A DNA stretch of 64,000 bases, taken from NCBI GenBank assembly GCA_963677485.1, contig OY781964.1:2176001-2240000 (forward strand), written 5' to 3'. Under the pieces are notes generated by a model. The model did no database searches and was not told where the DNA came from. It saw only the letters and a list, made by a program, of their open reading frames with translations. A program made the translations under genes and the position numbers. This document shows, piece after piece, positions 1 through 9,736 of the stretch. Position 1 is the stretch's first letter. Each line of letters begins with the position of its first letter. This DNA comes from Armatimonadota bacterium (GTDB taxonomy: Bacteria > Armatimonadota > HRBIN16).

Positions 1-1436
1 CTTCTTGGGGCGGCTACCAGGGGTTTGGCAGCTTCCTGAGCAAATACAACTCCTACCACGGCCAGATGTGGACGCGTGATATGGGTCGGACTTTAGTTGA
101 GTTAGCGAACCTTGGTTTTCCTGAAAAGTCGAAAAAGAGCGTCGAATACGCGCTGTTGATGAGCCGCGTATGGGAGACCGGCCCTCAGGCAGGGATGGAT
201 GTCCGAGAGCTGGGCCGGCTGGATGTGGATGGTGTGAGACTGCCACGGCATATCTGCCGCCGATTGAACTATCCTACCACCAACCCGGGCGAGGGCTGCT
301 TCGAGAATGACGGCCATGCGCTGATAAGTCTGGCCGCCTGGAAGGTATGGCAGCGGATTCAAAACCCAGAACAGTGGTGGCAGCAGAACCGTGAGGATCT
401 GGTTGGTCTGGGCGACTGGATCGTGTGGCAACTGGATAACCCCAAGACCTCCGGTGCCAAAGGCGTTCTACGCACCGACAGCGAGTGTGCCGGCGGTACC
501 GGCTACAGTGTGTATGCCGACTACCTCTGCCATGAGGCCTTGTTGGGTCTGGCTGAGATGGCTGATGGCTCGGGTGACTCTGAGAAGGCGAAGCTCTGGC
601 GAGAGACGGCCAAACGCCTCGAAGCTGGGATTGACAAATACTACATCACCGACGACAAGCAGTTCGGCCGCATGTGGACACTGCAAAGCTCAGGCTGGCC
701 GAACCAGAGCACCGTGTTGGGACCAGTGATCGTGCAGAGCGACCGCGCCGGCTCACTTCCCGAACAGGGCAGGTCTGACTGGCGTGCCATCACCGAGGGC
801 AACTTCAACCGCATGTTGAAAGTGTACCAGCCGGTGGGCTTCTACGGTGTGGCCATGGGCTACGGGCAAGGTTTCACCACACAGGCCGCGCTTCTGCTTG
901 ACCGCATGAAAGAGGCCAGTGTGATGCTGGACTGGACCGCGCGCATCGTGTATGATCCCCGTCAGGGTTGCTACATCGTGCCCGAGGGGTCAGAGCTCCA
1001 TCCCGATGGCAAGCATTGGCACCGCACCGGCGACCTGGGTAACGGCGTGCAAGAGGCGGAGATCGTGAAGGCGATCCGTCTGGTGGTGGGCATCGACGAC
1101 ACCAACCCGAATCTGATCGGCATCTACCCGCGGATGCCGCTTGCCTGGAAGAAGATCAGTGCCGACATGCCGGTGTTGGTCAACAACGGTGCGAAGCGGA
1201 TGAACATCAAAATGGAGCTACAGCGCGTGGGGAAGAGGATGCTGATGGAGCTTCGTCCCACCGATTCGCTGAGCAAGGTCGCCTTCCGTGTAGGACCATT
1301 CGCCAAAAAACCGGCGGGTAAAGTGAGCAACGGCTCGCAGGCCATTGCGGCCGCGGTGAAGTTCAGCGGCGATAGCTGGTGGGTCAGCTTCAGCGCCGCC
1401 CTTCCGCAGTCGGGCCTCGACCTGAGCGTGGAGTAG
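1..1436 (+). CDS. 5'-truncated putative six-hairpin (alpha/alpha barrel) glycosidase-like protein; paralog of 6628-9453
   Basis: Frame is open from the window edge (codons from nt 3: SWGGYQGFGSF...). Shares motifs with 6628-9453: ENDGHA/ETDGHG, GYGQG, VPEG, GDLGN, GIDDT/GVDDT, RVGP. Confidence 0.7.
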   Translation, partial: SWGGYQGFGSFLSKYNSYHGQMWTRDMGRTLVELANLGFPEKSKKSVEYALLMSRVWETGPQAGMDVRELGRLDVDGVRLPRHICRRLNYPTTNPGEGCFENDGHALISLAAWKVWQRIQNPEQWWQQNREDLVGLGDWIVWQLDNPKTSGAKGVLRTDSECAGGTGYSVYADYLCHEALLGLAEMADGSGDSEKAKLWRETAKRLEAGIDKYYITDDKQFGRMWTLQSSGWPNQSTVLGPVIVQSDRAGSLPEQGRSDWRAITEGNFNRMLKVYQPVGFYGVAMGYGQGFTTQAALLLDRMKEASVMLDWTARIVYDPRQGCYIVPEGSELHPDGKHWHRTGDLGNGVQEAEIVKAIRLVVGIDDTNPNLIGIYPRMPLAWKKISADMPVLVNNGAKRMNIKMELQRVGKRMLMELRPTDSLSKVAFRVGPFAKKPAGKVSNGSQAIAAAVKFSGDSWWVSFSAALPQSGLDLSVE

Positions 1437-1447
1437 GGTGCCCACTA

Positions 1448-1468
1448 GGGGCAGCTTATCGCTGCCCC
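1448..1468 (+). terminator. Hairpin after the glycosidase-like gene
   Basis: GGGGCAGC-ttatc-GCTGCCCC, perfect 8-bp stem about 11 nt after the stop; no strong U tract. Confidence 0.45.
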
Positions 1469-1570
1469 CTTGGCGCAGTTTGTTGAGACGTGGATACTGG
1501 CAATTGGTATATTGTACATACTGTATAACAACTGCTACATGCAGAACTGTGCATAGAAGGAGAAGGCCTA

Positions 1571-2884
1571 ATGGACATAGATGAGCTAAGCCGAAGGGTG
1601 TACAAAGTGTTCTCACCGTCTCCATTGACAGTTGAACAAAACGATTTGTATGTCAACTTGGATGATGTGCGTGGCGACGCTGACATAGTCAAGCGGTTAA
1701 CAAATGTGATCCGCCTCTCAGATGGAAGTTTTACTCACCAGGTACTGGCTGGGCATCGTGGTTGCGGGAAGTCCACGGAACTGACTCGCATTCGGACCGA
1801 ACTGCAAACAGGGAAACCAAAATACTTCGTTGTTTACTGTGATGCGTATGAGAACCTGGACCTCAATGATGTTGATTTCCCTGATCTGCTATTAGAAATG
1901 GTCCGGCAGATCGCGGATGCCCTGCGAAATGATGCTAAAATTGAGCTTCGTCCTAGCTACCCCAAAGAAGTGATAGAACGAGTAGGTAAATTTCTACACA
2001 GCGACGTAAACCTGGGGTCTTTTGAGATCGGTAATGATTTGGCCAAGATATCTGGAACGATCAGAAACAGCCCAGATATGCGTGCGAAAATCCGCGAAGT
2101 GTTGGAACCTCACACTGACAGCCTGCTTAATGCCGCCAATGACCTGATCAGCAAGGCTGCTTTAGAGCTATATGATAAGGGTTACGCCGGAATCGTGCTG
2201 CTTGTTGACAACCTGGACAAAATGCCACTTCGAGCTAAGGAAAACAGCAGTTGTGACACCGCTGAGTATCTGTTTGTCAATAGAGCCGCGCAACTGACAG
2301 CTATAAAGTGCCATGTGATATATACCATTCCGCTTTCACTCGCTTATTCGCATCTAGAGCAGGCCATCAAGAGCCAATATGAAGGTCACCTCCCTGTGGT
2401 ACCGGCCACGAAAATCGCCGGACGTCCCCCATTTCAGAAGCCGTTCTCAGAAGGTATTGCAAAATTCAAAGCGATCGTTGATCGAAGGCTGAAGTCTGTT
2501 GGAGTTTCTAAGGATGAGGTTTTTGCGAGTGATGAGGTACTGCTCAAGATCATCGCCTTAAGTGGTGGACAACCAACGGAGTTGATGACTATTATTCGTG
2601 AAGCCATTATCACGGGAAGCCTTCCCATCACTGCAAAAGCTCTGAGCCGTGCCGAAAAAGAAGGCCAGCGCGAATATGCCAGGATACTGCTTGCTGAGCA
2701 TATAGATATCATCAATGAGGTTGCCCTGAATGGTGAGTTTGCGAGAAAAGCGGAGACGGAGGATGCCTTCCGGGAGGTTTTGAATAGCCGCGCCATACTT
2801 CAGTATGTGAATGATGAAGAGTGGTATGGGCTAAATCCGATGGTAACAGAACTGATCAATGATAGAAAACAGGGCAAAGAGTGA
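1571..2884 (+). CDS. P-loop NTPase (STAND/AAA+-like ATPase), 437 aa
   Basis: Walker A GHRGCGKST and Walker B IVLLVDNLD; AGGAG/GAAGG RBS-like sequence upstream; stop overlaps the next start (GTGA). Confidence 0.85.
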   Translation: MDIDELSRRVYKVFSPSPLTVEQNDLYVNLDDVRGDADIVKRLTNVIRLSDGSFTHQVLAGHRGCGKSTELTRIRTELQTGKPKYFVVYCDAYENLDLNDVDFPDLLLEMVRQIADALRNDAKIELRPSYPKEVIERVGKFLHSDVNLGSFEIGNDLAKISGTIRNSPDMRAKIREVLEPHTDSLLNAANDLISKAALELYDKGYAGIVLLVDNLDKMPLRAKENSSCDTAEYLFVNRAAQLTAIKCHVIYTIPLSLAYSHLEQAIKSQYEGHLPVVPATKIAGRPPFQKPFSEGIAKFKAIVDRRLKSVGVSKDEVFASDEVLLKIIALSGGQPTELMTIIREAIITGSLPITAKALSRAEKEGQREYARILLAEHIDIINEVALNGEFARKAETEDAFREVLNSRAILQYVNDEEWYGLNPMVTELINDRKQGKE

Positions 2885-4533
2885 ACATTGAACCTAGTCT
2901 ATCAATTCAAGAACGAACCCGGCAAACAGCCGAACTGCAGGCACTGCTACGTATGCTCAGCTTGTCGTCAGGCTCTTTTTCTCTCAGTATCAGCGTGTGT
3001 AACAGCCCAGCGTTAAGGGATTATCTCATTGAACAGACTATGTTGGTGCACTCAGACATCAATGTAGTAAACGTACCAAACGGCACAACTGACATATTTC
3101 CGTATGTAAAGAAGGATGCTGATGAGGTTGGCTGTTCTGCACTATACATCACCGGAATCGAGAATAGCCTCACCTCATCTGACTTACCTCATCCGCTTTT
3201 ACAGTCGTTGAATGTTTCAAGGGAATTGTGGGAGAGGTATTATCATTGCCCCGTGGTGATATGGCTTCCTGAGTATGCCGCAGGATTAATGTCACTTGAA
3301 GCACCAGATTTCTGGAGATACAGAAGCCACCGGTTCGAGTTCGTCTCTGAATCTGCTCATTTCACTTCCGAATTACTTGAAGACGCATTCAAGAATGTGA
3401 ATTCAGCATCCGACCTATCTGTTGATGAGAGGCAGTTCCGCATTGCCGAACTAGAACAGAGGCTTGAGGAGGCTGGGCCGACTATCGATACCGGGCTCAG
3501 GCAATACGTGCTGATGTGGTTGAATGAGCTTGCGTATTTATATAGAGTGAACGGCCAAAGACATGACGAAGAGCAGACCATCAGCAGACTCAGGACAATA
3601 TACGGTGATTCAGAAGACAGTGATGACATTGCTCATAGCATGTTACTTCTCGGCGATTTATATGCCGAATGGGGGCAATATGAATCCGCAGAACGAATGT
3701 ATGGTGCATCAAAGGAGATCTCAGAGCGGCTGTTAACAGCAGATCCAGCAGTGTTGGCGCGGCTGATAGATATTTCGAATTGTGAGGACAGGCTAGGAGG
3801 ATTATTTCAGGTTAGAGGTGCTTATGATGACGCAGAACGGCTATATCGACAGGCACTAGTGACCAGAGAACGGGTTTTGGGAAGTGAACACCCACACACA
3901 ATCCTCAGTGTGATCAAGCTGGCAGGACTTCGTTTAATCAAGGGTGACGTCGTTGGTGCTGAGTCCGAGTTGACTCATGTGCTATCTTTTTGCGAGAAGG
4001 TTTTGGGAGCAGACGACCGTCTCACCCTGATGGCAGCTAATTATCTGGCCTATTCACTCAAGAGTAAAGGTGACTTAGCTGGCGCTGAAGCACTTTATCG
4101 AAGGGTTTTAGCAACACGCGAGCAGATATGGGGTTCAGACCACCCAGATACGCTGAATAGCATGAACAATCTGGCTATACTGCTGATGACAAAAGGAAAC
4201 ATCGACGCTGCGGAGCAACTCATCCGGTATGTGTTGTCAGCACGGAACCGCATACTCGGACCAGAACACCCAGACACCCTGACTATTGAAGTCGAAATGG
4301 CAGGAATACAGATTCTGAATGGTGATTTCGACAATGCTGAACACCAGTTCCGCCAGGTACTCGAAACGCAGAAAAGAGTGCTGGGCGCAAACCATCCCGA
4401 CACAATGGCTACTCTATCAAATCTGACATTTTTGCTGGACAAAATGAACGAAGCGGATAGGCATGGACTTTTAAACAACACGGTGCAAAGAGCTGGCGAA
4501 ATCATGACTGATTATGACGTCAGTGACCCTTAG
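2881..4533 (+). CDS. Tetratricopeptide repeat protein with an N-terminal degenerate NTPase-like domain, 550 aa
   Basis: Five 42-aa kinesin-light-chain-type TPRs (VLGSEHPHT, VLGADDRLT, IWGSDHPDT, ILGPEHPDT, VLGANHPDT). The N-terminal alpha/beta region (LYITGIE, PVVIWLP, APDFWRYRS) has no Walker A. Confidence 0.85.
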   Translation: MNIEPSLSIQERTRQTAELQALLRMLSLSSGSFSLSISVCNSPALRDYLIEQTMLVHSDINVVNVPNGTTDIFPYVKKDADEVGCSALYITGIENSLTSSDLPHPLLQSLNVSRELWERYYHCPVVIWLPEYAAGLMSLEAPDFWRYRSHRFEFVSESAHFTSELLEDAFKNVNSASDLSVDERQFRIAELEQRLEEAGPTIDTGLRQYVLMWLNELAYLYRVNGQRHDEEQTISRLRTIYGDSEDSDDIAHSMLLLGDLYAEWGQYESAERMYGASKEISERLLTADPAVLARLIDISNCEDRLGGLFQVRGAYDDAERLYRQALVTRERVLGSEHPHTILSVIKLAGLRLIKGDVVGAESELTHVLSFCEKVLGADDRLTLMAANYLAYSLKSKGDLAGAEALYRRVLATREQIWGSDHPDTLNSMNNLAILLMTKGNIDAAEQLIRYVLSARNRILGPEHPDTLTIEVEMAGIQILNGDFDNAEHQFRQVLETQKRVLGANHPDTMATLSNLTFLLDKMNEADRHGLLNNTVQRAGEIMTDYDVSDP

Positions 4534-4594
4534 TTTCATTGACGTGATGAACAGTAGTAAGCAGCCCCGCATCAAGCACTCAATGGAGTAAGCC

Positions 4595-4980
4595 ATGGTA
4601 TTCCAATGGATTGTGATCGGGCTTCTGGTCTGCCTGGGCAGCATATGAAAAGCCAATGACTATGTGTGCGTGAATCCGCCTACATTGCAGACGGAGGTCT
4701 GGACCTCCACGATGTGGAACGCGAGCGGGGGTAAGCAGGCTCTGCAGCTCATCTCGCGTGTGCTGGCTGAGTTACCGTCACCAGGCCGCGATGAGGCGCT
4801 TCCTGTGAGCTCACCGAGTAGCAGGGACGGGTCGTGCGTGTCGGACCTCACGCCGGTCAAGCGATGGCTGACATCATGGCGCAGAAGATGAATACCCAGG
4901 GCTGGAGCGTCCGTAAAAAGACCAGCGGTCATACTAAAAACAAGCCGGCTATCTGGCTGTGGCTGCTAAGGAGACTGTGA
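4595..4980 (+). pseudogene. Internally deleted remnant of a paralog of the 6628-9453 gene
   Basis: 4568-4830 aligns to 6601-7010, including RBS and ATG, with TGC->TGA at 4646 and deletions. 4831-4980 aligns to the last ~50 codons (VRVGP...TSGxTKxKPAIWLWL). Confidence 0.85.
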
Positions 4981-6599
4981 TGAACCTGATACCTAATGGT
5001 GAATTCCTGAGTTTGAAGGGGTGGACACCGGCAAATGACCCGCTGGTGGCCCTCGAACGTGTTGATGGTGTATCCTGTGTGAAACTGAGTGCCAACCCTC
5101 CTGCTCCAGAAGGCACAGAGAGCACTTCAATAGAGCAGATGCTGGATATCCGATCTTTCGAGACGAATTCTGAGTATCGTCTGCAGTTCAGAGCGAAGTC
5201 TGACCACTTCCCGCAGTTGTACAACCTCTACCTGGCCACGATGCGTGGAGAGCGGCTTGTGACGTCTATTGGCTATGAGTGGCGGCAGGTGGGCGGCGGA
5301 TGGCAGGATGTGAAGCTGGATTTTCGTGATGTGAACACGGATGCTACTGCCGCCAAGGTGGTCATTCAAGTGAAGGCACCGGGGCAGGTTTGGATCGCCG
5401 ACCTGCGTGTCGAGAAGCTGCTTGCTGGCACCATCGGCGCTGAGGAGCGGCAACTGAAGGACCTACCCCGGTATGCTGGTTCACCGAAGTATGTGCAGAT
5501 TACCAGCGACCGTAGGTTCATCGTGAATGGCAAGCCGTTTTTCCCCATCGGACAGTGGGACATGGCTTACCCCAACGAAAAGGCGATGGACGACATGCAG
5601 GAGTGCGGGTATAACCTGACCGGCTCGGGTATGTTAAACCTAAAAACCCCTGAAGAGGTGAAGACGTTTCTTGACCAAGCCCAGGCACGGAGCCTGCATG
5701 TGCTTGGACTGCTTCGCTATGATGCCTTCGGTGAAGCGGCAGCGGCGGTGGCGGTAGCGGAACAACGGCATATCATGCATAAGCCCGTCATTGATGTCAC
5801 AAGGGAGCATCCTGCCTTCTTCGTGTATGACGTTGCAGATGAACCGGGTTGGATTGGCAATAGTCTTTCGGCGTTAGCAGCAGGTGCGCATTTCATCCGG
5901 CAGCATGACCCCAACCATCCGATCTTTTCTAATCAGGCTCCGCGCGGCACGATATCGCTGCTGCAGCGCTGGTACCGCTTTGTGGATGTGGGCGGCTGCG
6001 ACATCTACCCCTGGTGGAATGGTGAACCGGATAGGCACTCCGATCAGCCGGATAAGACCCTGTCTGTGGTGGGTGCTGAGACTATAAAGAATCTGACTGC
6101 ACTGGGCAGCCGCAAGCCGGCGATCATGACGGTTCAAGGATTTGGGTGGTCGGAGGGCACAACATCGGAGCTGGCCACGAAGGGGTATGGGTATCCACCC
6201 GCCAACATCCAGCGTTACATGGTGTACGATGCCATCGTGTGTGGTGCCACAGGCATCCTAGTGTTTCAAGATCAGCGTTACCCTGGAGTGATCAACATGA
6301 AGATCAAGCCGCTTACGCTTGAATTGAAAGCTCTGCACGATGTGCTGGCTTCTCCGACGGAGGCAGGGTATGCCCGTGCTTCCGATAAGCGTGTGAAACT
6401 CATCACGAAGATTCATCAGGGCAAACGAACAGTTATCGCCGTGAACCGATCTGATCGCGCATTAGACTGTCGGATTTCGCACTCCGCCAGTGCCCAAACT
6501 TGGCAGGAGCGAATCAGCCGTCGCCGCATGAAGAGCACGGAACAGGGCTTCACCGATCGGTTCGATGCCTGGGGCGTGAATATCTACGAACAAAAATAA
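4980..6599 (+). CDS. Putative glycoside hydrolase: N-terminal CBM-like jelly-roll plus clan GH-A-like TIM barrel
   Basis: NLIPNGEF...VWIADLRVE jelly-roll pattern; VNGKPFFPIG, YDVADEP and DIYP motifs. AAGGAG lies upstream of ATG 4980, which overlaps the pseudogene TGA. Confidence 0.65.
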   Translation: MNLIPNGEFLSLKGWTPANDPLVALERVDGVSCVKLSANPPAPEGTESTSIEQMLDIRSFETNSEYRLQFRAKSDHFPQLYNLYLATMRGERLVTSIGYEWRQVGGGWQDVKLDFRDVNTDATAAKVVIQVKAPGQVWIADLRVEKLLAGTIGAEERQLKDLPRYAGSPKYVQITSDRRFIVNGKPFFPIGQWDMAYPNEKAMDDMQECGYNLTGSGMLNLKTPEEVKTFLDQAQARSLHVLGLLRYDAFGEAAAAVAVAEQRHIMHKPVIDVTREHPAFFVYDVADEPGWIGNSLSALAAGAHFIRQHDPNHPIFSNQAPRGTISLLQRWYRFVDVGGCDIYPWWNGEPDRHSDQPDKTLSVVGAETIKNLTALGSRKPAIMTVQGFGWSEGTTSELATKGYGYPPANIQRYMVYDAIVCGATGILVFQDQRYPGVINMKIKPLTLELKALHDVLASPTEAGYARASDKRVKLITKIHQGKRTVIAVNRSDRALDCRISHSASAQTWQERISRRRMKSTEQGFTDRFDAWGVNIYEQK

Positions 6600-6627
6600 C
6601 CGCATCAAACACTCAATGGAGTAAGCA

Positions 6628-9453
6628 ATGGTATTACAATGGATCGTCATCGGAATTCTGGTCTGCCTGGGCAGCATATGCAATGCCAACGACTATGTGT
6701 GCGTGAAGCCGCCCACACAGCAGACGGGGGCTTGGACCTCCGCCATGTGGCATGTGGGTGGGGGCAAGCAGGTGCTGCAGCTCAACTCGTATGTGCAAGG
6801 CGAGTCGCGCACCGGTGTGCTGCGCAGCCGAGAGTTTATCTGCCCAGCAAAACTCAGCTTCCGGCTGGCGGGGCACAGCCACCGCAACGCGAACTTTGCG
6901 CGCTTGATTGATGTGGAGACCGGCAAAGTGCTGGCGGAACTGCCGTCACCAGGCCGTGATGAGGCGCTTCCGGTGAGCTGGGATCTCACCCAGTGGCAGG
7001 GCCGGCCGGTACGTATGGAGGTCACGGATGGCGATGATGGCCCATCATGGGCCTGGATATCCATCTGCGAGATGCAGCCGGAGCTGGTGCCGATGCCCAC
7101 CGTGGCTGGTAAGTTGCCAGACGGCTGGGAGGAGATTCCGCAGCCGATGCAGCGTAAAGTGGTGGAGGGGGTTCCCTTCATCAGCCGCTCGGTGCTTTGG
7201 AGCCCTGGACGCGAGGGCGACAGCCTGAAAATCCCCGCAGACGGGCTGCAAGCGGAATACCTCTATCTGCTGGGCGGTGGTTATACGCCGGACGAATCCC
7301 AGCCTGGCTGGGGTGGCAGCGACGACAAGATTTGCCATTTCGTAGGGGACCAAGTCGGGGAACTACGGATCAGCTATAAAGATGGTTCTGTGGACCGCGT
7401 GCCCCTGACCTTTGGCTTCAATGTGTGGTGGCGGGAGCCGTGGCGACGCTCGCCGGAGCCCTTCATCGGTGAGACGCCCCAGGCTCAGGCGATGCGCGAC
7501 TCGCTGTGCGTCTACAGCCCAGATTGGGACAAACCCTGGCTGATGCGGATAGGGCTGCGTCCAAAGGCGGTTCAGCAGATTGAGCTGGTGGATAACGCCA
7601 GCAAAACCGGTAATGTGAGCATCCAAGGCGTCAGCTTTGGCGGCTGTCGTGAGCTGTCCTCTGGAATGACTGCCCAGCCGGGCGAGCCGATGTCTGCCAC
7701 TTTCACCGAATGGCTGAAGACGCATACCATCGACGGCGCGAAGCCGATGTCTGCGGCCCGCAAGGCGGCTCTGAACAAGCTGAAAAGCTATTGTGACACC
7801 GACCCCAGCGACTTCACGGTCGCGGGGGTGAAGCGCACCATCGCCATAAACCCACCGATGGCCTTCATCGGCCCGAAACTGAGCTTTGACGGACCGGTGG
7901 CTGCTCTGGTGATGGGTCAGGTCTACGAAGAGAACAGTGCCGAACTGCTTAGCCGCATCGACCTTGACGGCATGGTGCATGAATCCAACAAAGAGGCCGA
8001 TAACTACGGCGCGTTCGGCGGTGTGACCCCGAAGCTTGGCCCGTTCTACACAGCGGCCTACACCCGCAACCGTGCAGCATTGCTGCTGGCGAATGTGGGT
8101 CTGCTGACGCCGGCCAACGCGGCGGTCAACTTCTGGGACAAGTGGCTGATGTATTTCCCGCAGTCCTACCCCGAGATTCAGATGGGCGGTAAACCGGTGC
8201 CGGGCCATGCCACGGTCATCGCGAACCAGCCGCACGTGTACTTCGACTCACTAAGCAAAGCGGGCTGGCCCACTGCCTTCAAAACACGCGACTACGGAAA
8301 CCCCGAGACCGATGGTCACGGCATACTGATGCTCAACCGGTATCGCGTGTGGGTGAAGGAAGGCCGTAGCCCAAAATGGACGCGCGACCACTGGGCAGCA
8401 CTGAAGGAAGCCGCGGAGTGGATTCCCTGGTGCCTCGATAACCCGGAGCTCTCGCTGAGTAAAAACGGGCTGCTTTACGCCGAAAGCGAAGGCGGCATGC
8501 AGACGACCACCATCTACTGTGACACCCCCAACTATTACGGCCTGCTGGCCTATGCCGAGATGGCGGACAGCATCGGTGAGCAGGCGATGGCCAGCAGATG
8601 GCGTCTGACCGCTGCGCGCTTGAAGCGCGCGATTGAGGCCTACTACCCGGCCTCCGCGAAGCCGTTTGGCGACACCTGGCAGCCCGGCGAGCGGCTGTGG
8701 GGCTCTGGCGATGCGAACAACGCGCCGCTGCTGTTTGCCGCTGACCTCTACGGCTACGATGCCGCGAGCGCCATGGACCCTAAATGGTTGAAGATCAGTC
8801 AGAACACCCATCGGCTGCAGATGTCCCGCAAGACTCCAGCCGGCTGCTCCCCCACCGGCTTCGGATACGGGCAGGGTTACGCCACCGAATCGGCATTGCT
8901 GCTGGATGAGATGGATGATTCCGCATTGCTGCTGGAGTGGATGGCCAAGCTCTGTTATGCACCACGGCAGAAGAACCCCTTCCGTGTGCCGGAGGGTGCC
9001 ACCGTGAAGACGGACGGCTCCACTTGGCGGCGATGGGGTGACCTGGGCAACCTGTTCCAGATGAACGAAGCGGTGTATACCTGTCAACTTCTGGCCGGGG
9101 TGGATGACACCTCACCGGACGAGTTGAAGCTGATGCCGCGCATCCCCACCGGTTGGAGCGGCGTGGAGCTCTCCGACTGGCCAGCGGCCGTGAAGAGCGG
9201 CGGTCAGATGCAGATGGTGAAGCTATCGATGAGCGTGAAATGCGATGCCAGCGGTCCTGTATCGGTCACGCTGAAATCCAGCTCACCCGTTGATAAAGTG
9301 GCTGTCCGCGTGGGGCCATATGCCAGCAGCGACGCGGCTGACCGCATGGCGGTTAAGATGCAGTCGCAGGGCTGGGCCGTCAGCCAAGTCACCAGCGGTC
9401 AGACTAAAGGCAAACCCGCCATTTGGTTGTGGCTGAAGGGGAGTATTCGGTAG
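6628..9453 (+). CDS. Secreted multidomain protein with a C-terminal six-hairpin glycosidase-like domain, 941 aa
   Basis: Signal peptide MVLQWIVIGILVCLGSICNA; GGAG RBS; C-terminal half is homologous to 1-1436. Confidence 0.7.
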   Translation: MVLQWIVIGILVCLGSICNANDYVCVKPPTQQTGAWTSAMWHVGGGKQVLQLNSYVQGESRTGVLRSREFICPAKLSFRLAGHSHRNANFARLIDVETGKVLAELPSPGRDEALPVSWDLTQWQGRPVRMEVTDGDDGPSWAWISICEMQPELVPMPTVAGKLPDGWEEIPQPMQRKVVEGVPFISRSVLWSPGREGDSLKIPADGLQAEYLYLLGGGYTPDESQPGWGGSDDKICHFVGDQVGELRISYKDGSVDRVPLTFGFNVWWREPWRRSPEPFIGETPQAQAMRDSLCVYSPDWDKPWLMRIGLRPKAVQQIELVDNASKTGNVSIQGVSFGGCRELSSGMTAQPGEPMSATFTEWLKTHTIDGAKPMSAARKAALNKLKSYCDTDPSDFTVAGVKRTIAINPPMAFIGPKLSFDGPVAALVMGQVYEENSAELLSRIDLDGMVHESNKEADNYGAFGGVTPKLGPFYTAAYTRNRAALLLANVGLLTPANAAVNFWDKWLMYFPQSYPEIQMGGKPVPGHATVIANQPHVYFDSLSKAGWPTAFKTRDYGNPETDGHGILMLNRYRVWVKEGRSPKWTRDHWAALKEAAEWIPWCLDNPELSLSKNGLLYAESEGGMQTTTIYCDTPNYYGLLAYAEMADSIGEQAMASRWRLTAARLKRAIEAYYPASAKPFGDTWQPGERLWGSGDANNAPLLFAADLYGYDAASAMDPKWLKISQNTHRLQMSRKTPAGCSPTGFGYGQGYATESALLLDEMDDSALLLEWMAKLCYAPRQKNPFRVPEGATVKTDGSTWRRWGDLGNLFQMNEAVYTCQLLAGVDDTSPDELKLMPRIPTGWSGVELSDWPAAVKSGGQMQMVKLSMSVKCDASGPVSVTLKSSSPVDKVAVRVGPYASSDAADRMAVKMQSQGWAVSQVTSGQTKGKPAIWLWLKGSIR

Positions 9454-9461
9454 CGCTCGCT

Positions 9462-9491
9462 TTCATGGGCGGTCGGTTGACCGCCCATGAA
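9462..9491. terminator. Hairpin between convergent genes
   Basis: TTCATGGGCGGTC-ggtt-GACCGCCCATGAA, perfect 13-bp stem 8 nt after the stop at 9453. Confidence 0.6.
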
Positions 9492-9515
9492 CAGCCACTT
9501 GCGAGGCGGTCTGGA

Positions 9516-9723
9516 TTGCCTATGTCCGGGGCGGTCTGACAGTAAGCTAGCGGCAACAGAAGTCTATCGACCGCGCCGGTCTGGCGGATAGCCATAAGTC
9601 TATCGTCACGACGAGATTAAGACCGGCGCGGTTAGGGAAAACCGCCCCGGACTGTGGCAATTGTCGCCGGTCTGGCGGATAGCCTAAAGTCTATCGTCAC
9701 GACGGGATCAAAACCGCCCGGAC
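9516..9723. repeat. Family A MITE/REP-like element plus a partial tandem copy
   Basis: TTGCCTATGTCCGGGGCGGT...ACCGCCCCGGACTGTGGCAA ends (9516-9660); inner inverted repeat ACCGCGCCGGTCT/AGACCGGCGCGGT; homologous to the copies at 35737, 43323, 44571, 56868 and 62819. Confidence 0.85.
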
Positions 9724-9736
9724 ATTCGAAATGACC

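Noticed and set aside
3850-4440. Hypervariable near-identical TPR DNA repeats (fungal-NLR-style shuffling array)
   Set aside because: The 126-nt units are strongly diverged at the DNA level, both here and in 57300-58000.
4568-4980. DGR template repeat for the 6628 gene
   Set aside because: Differences affect all four bases and include deletions and stops, which fits pseudogene decay rather than adenine-specific mutagenesis.
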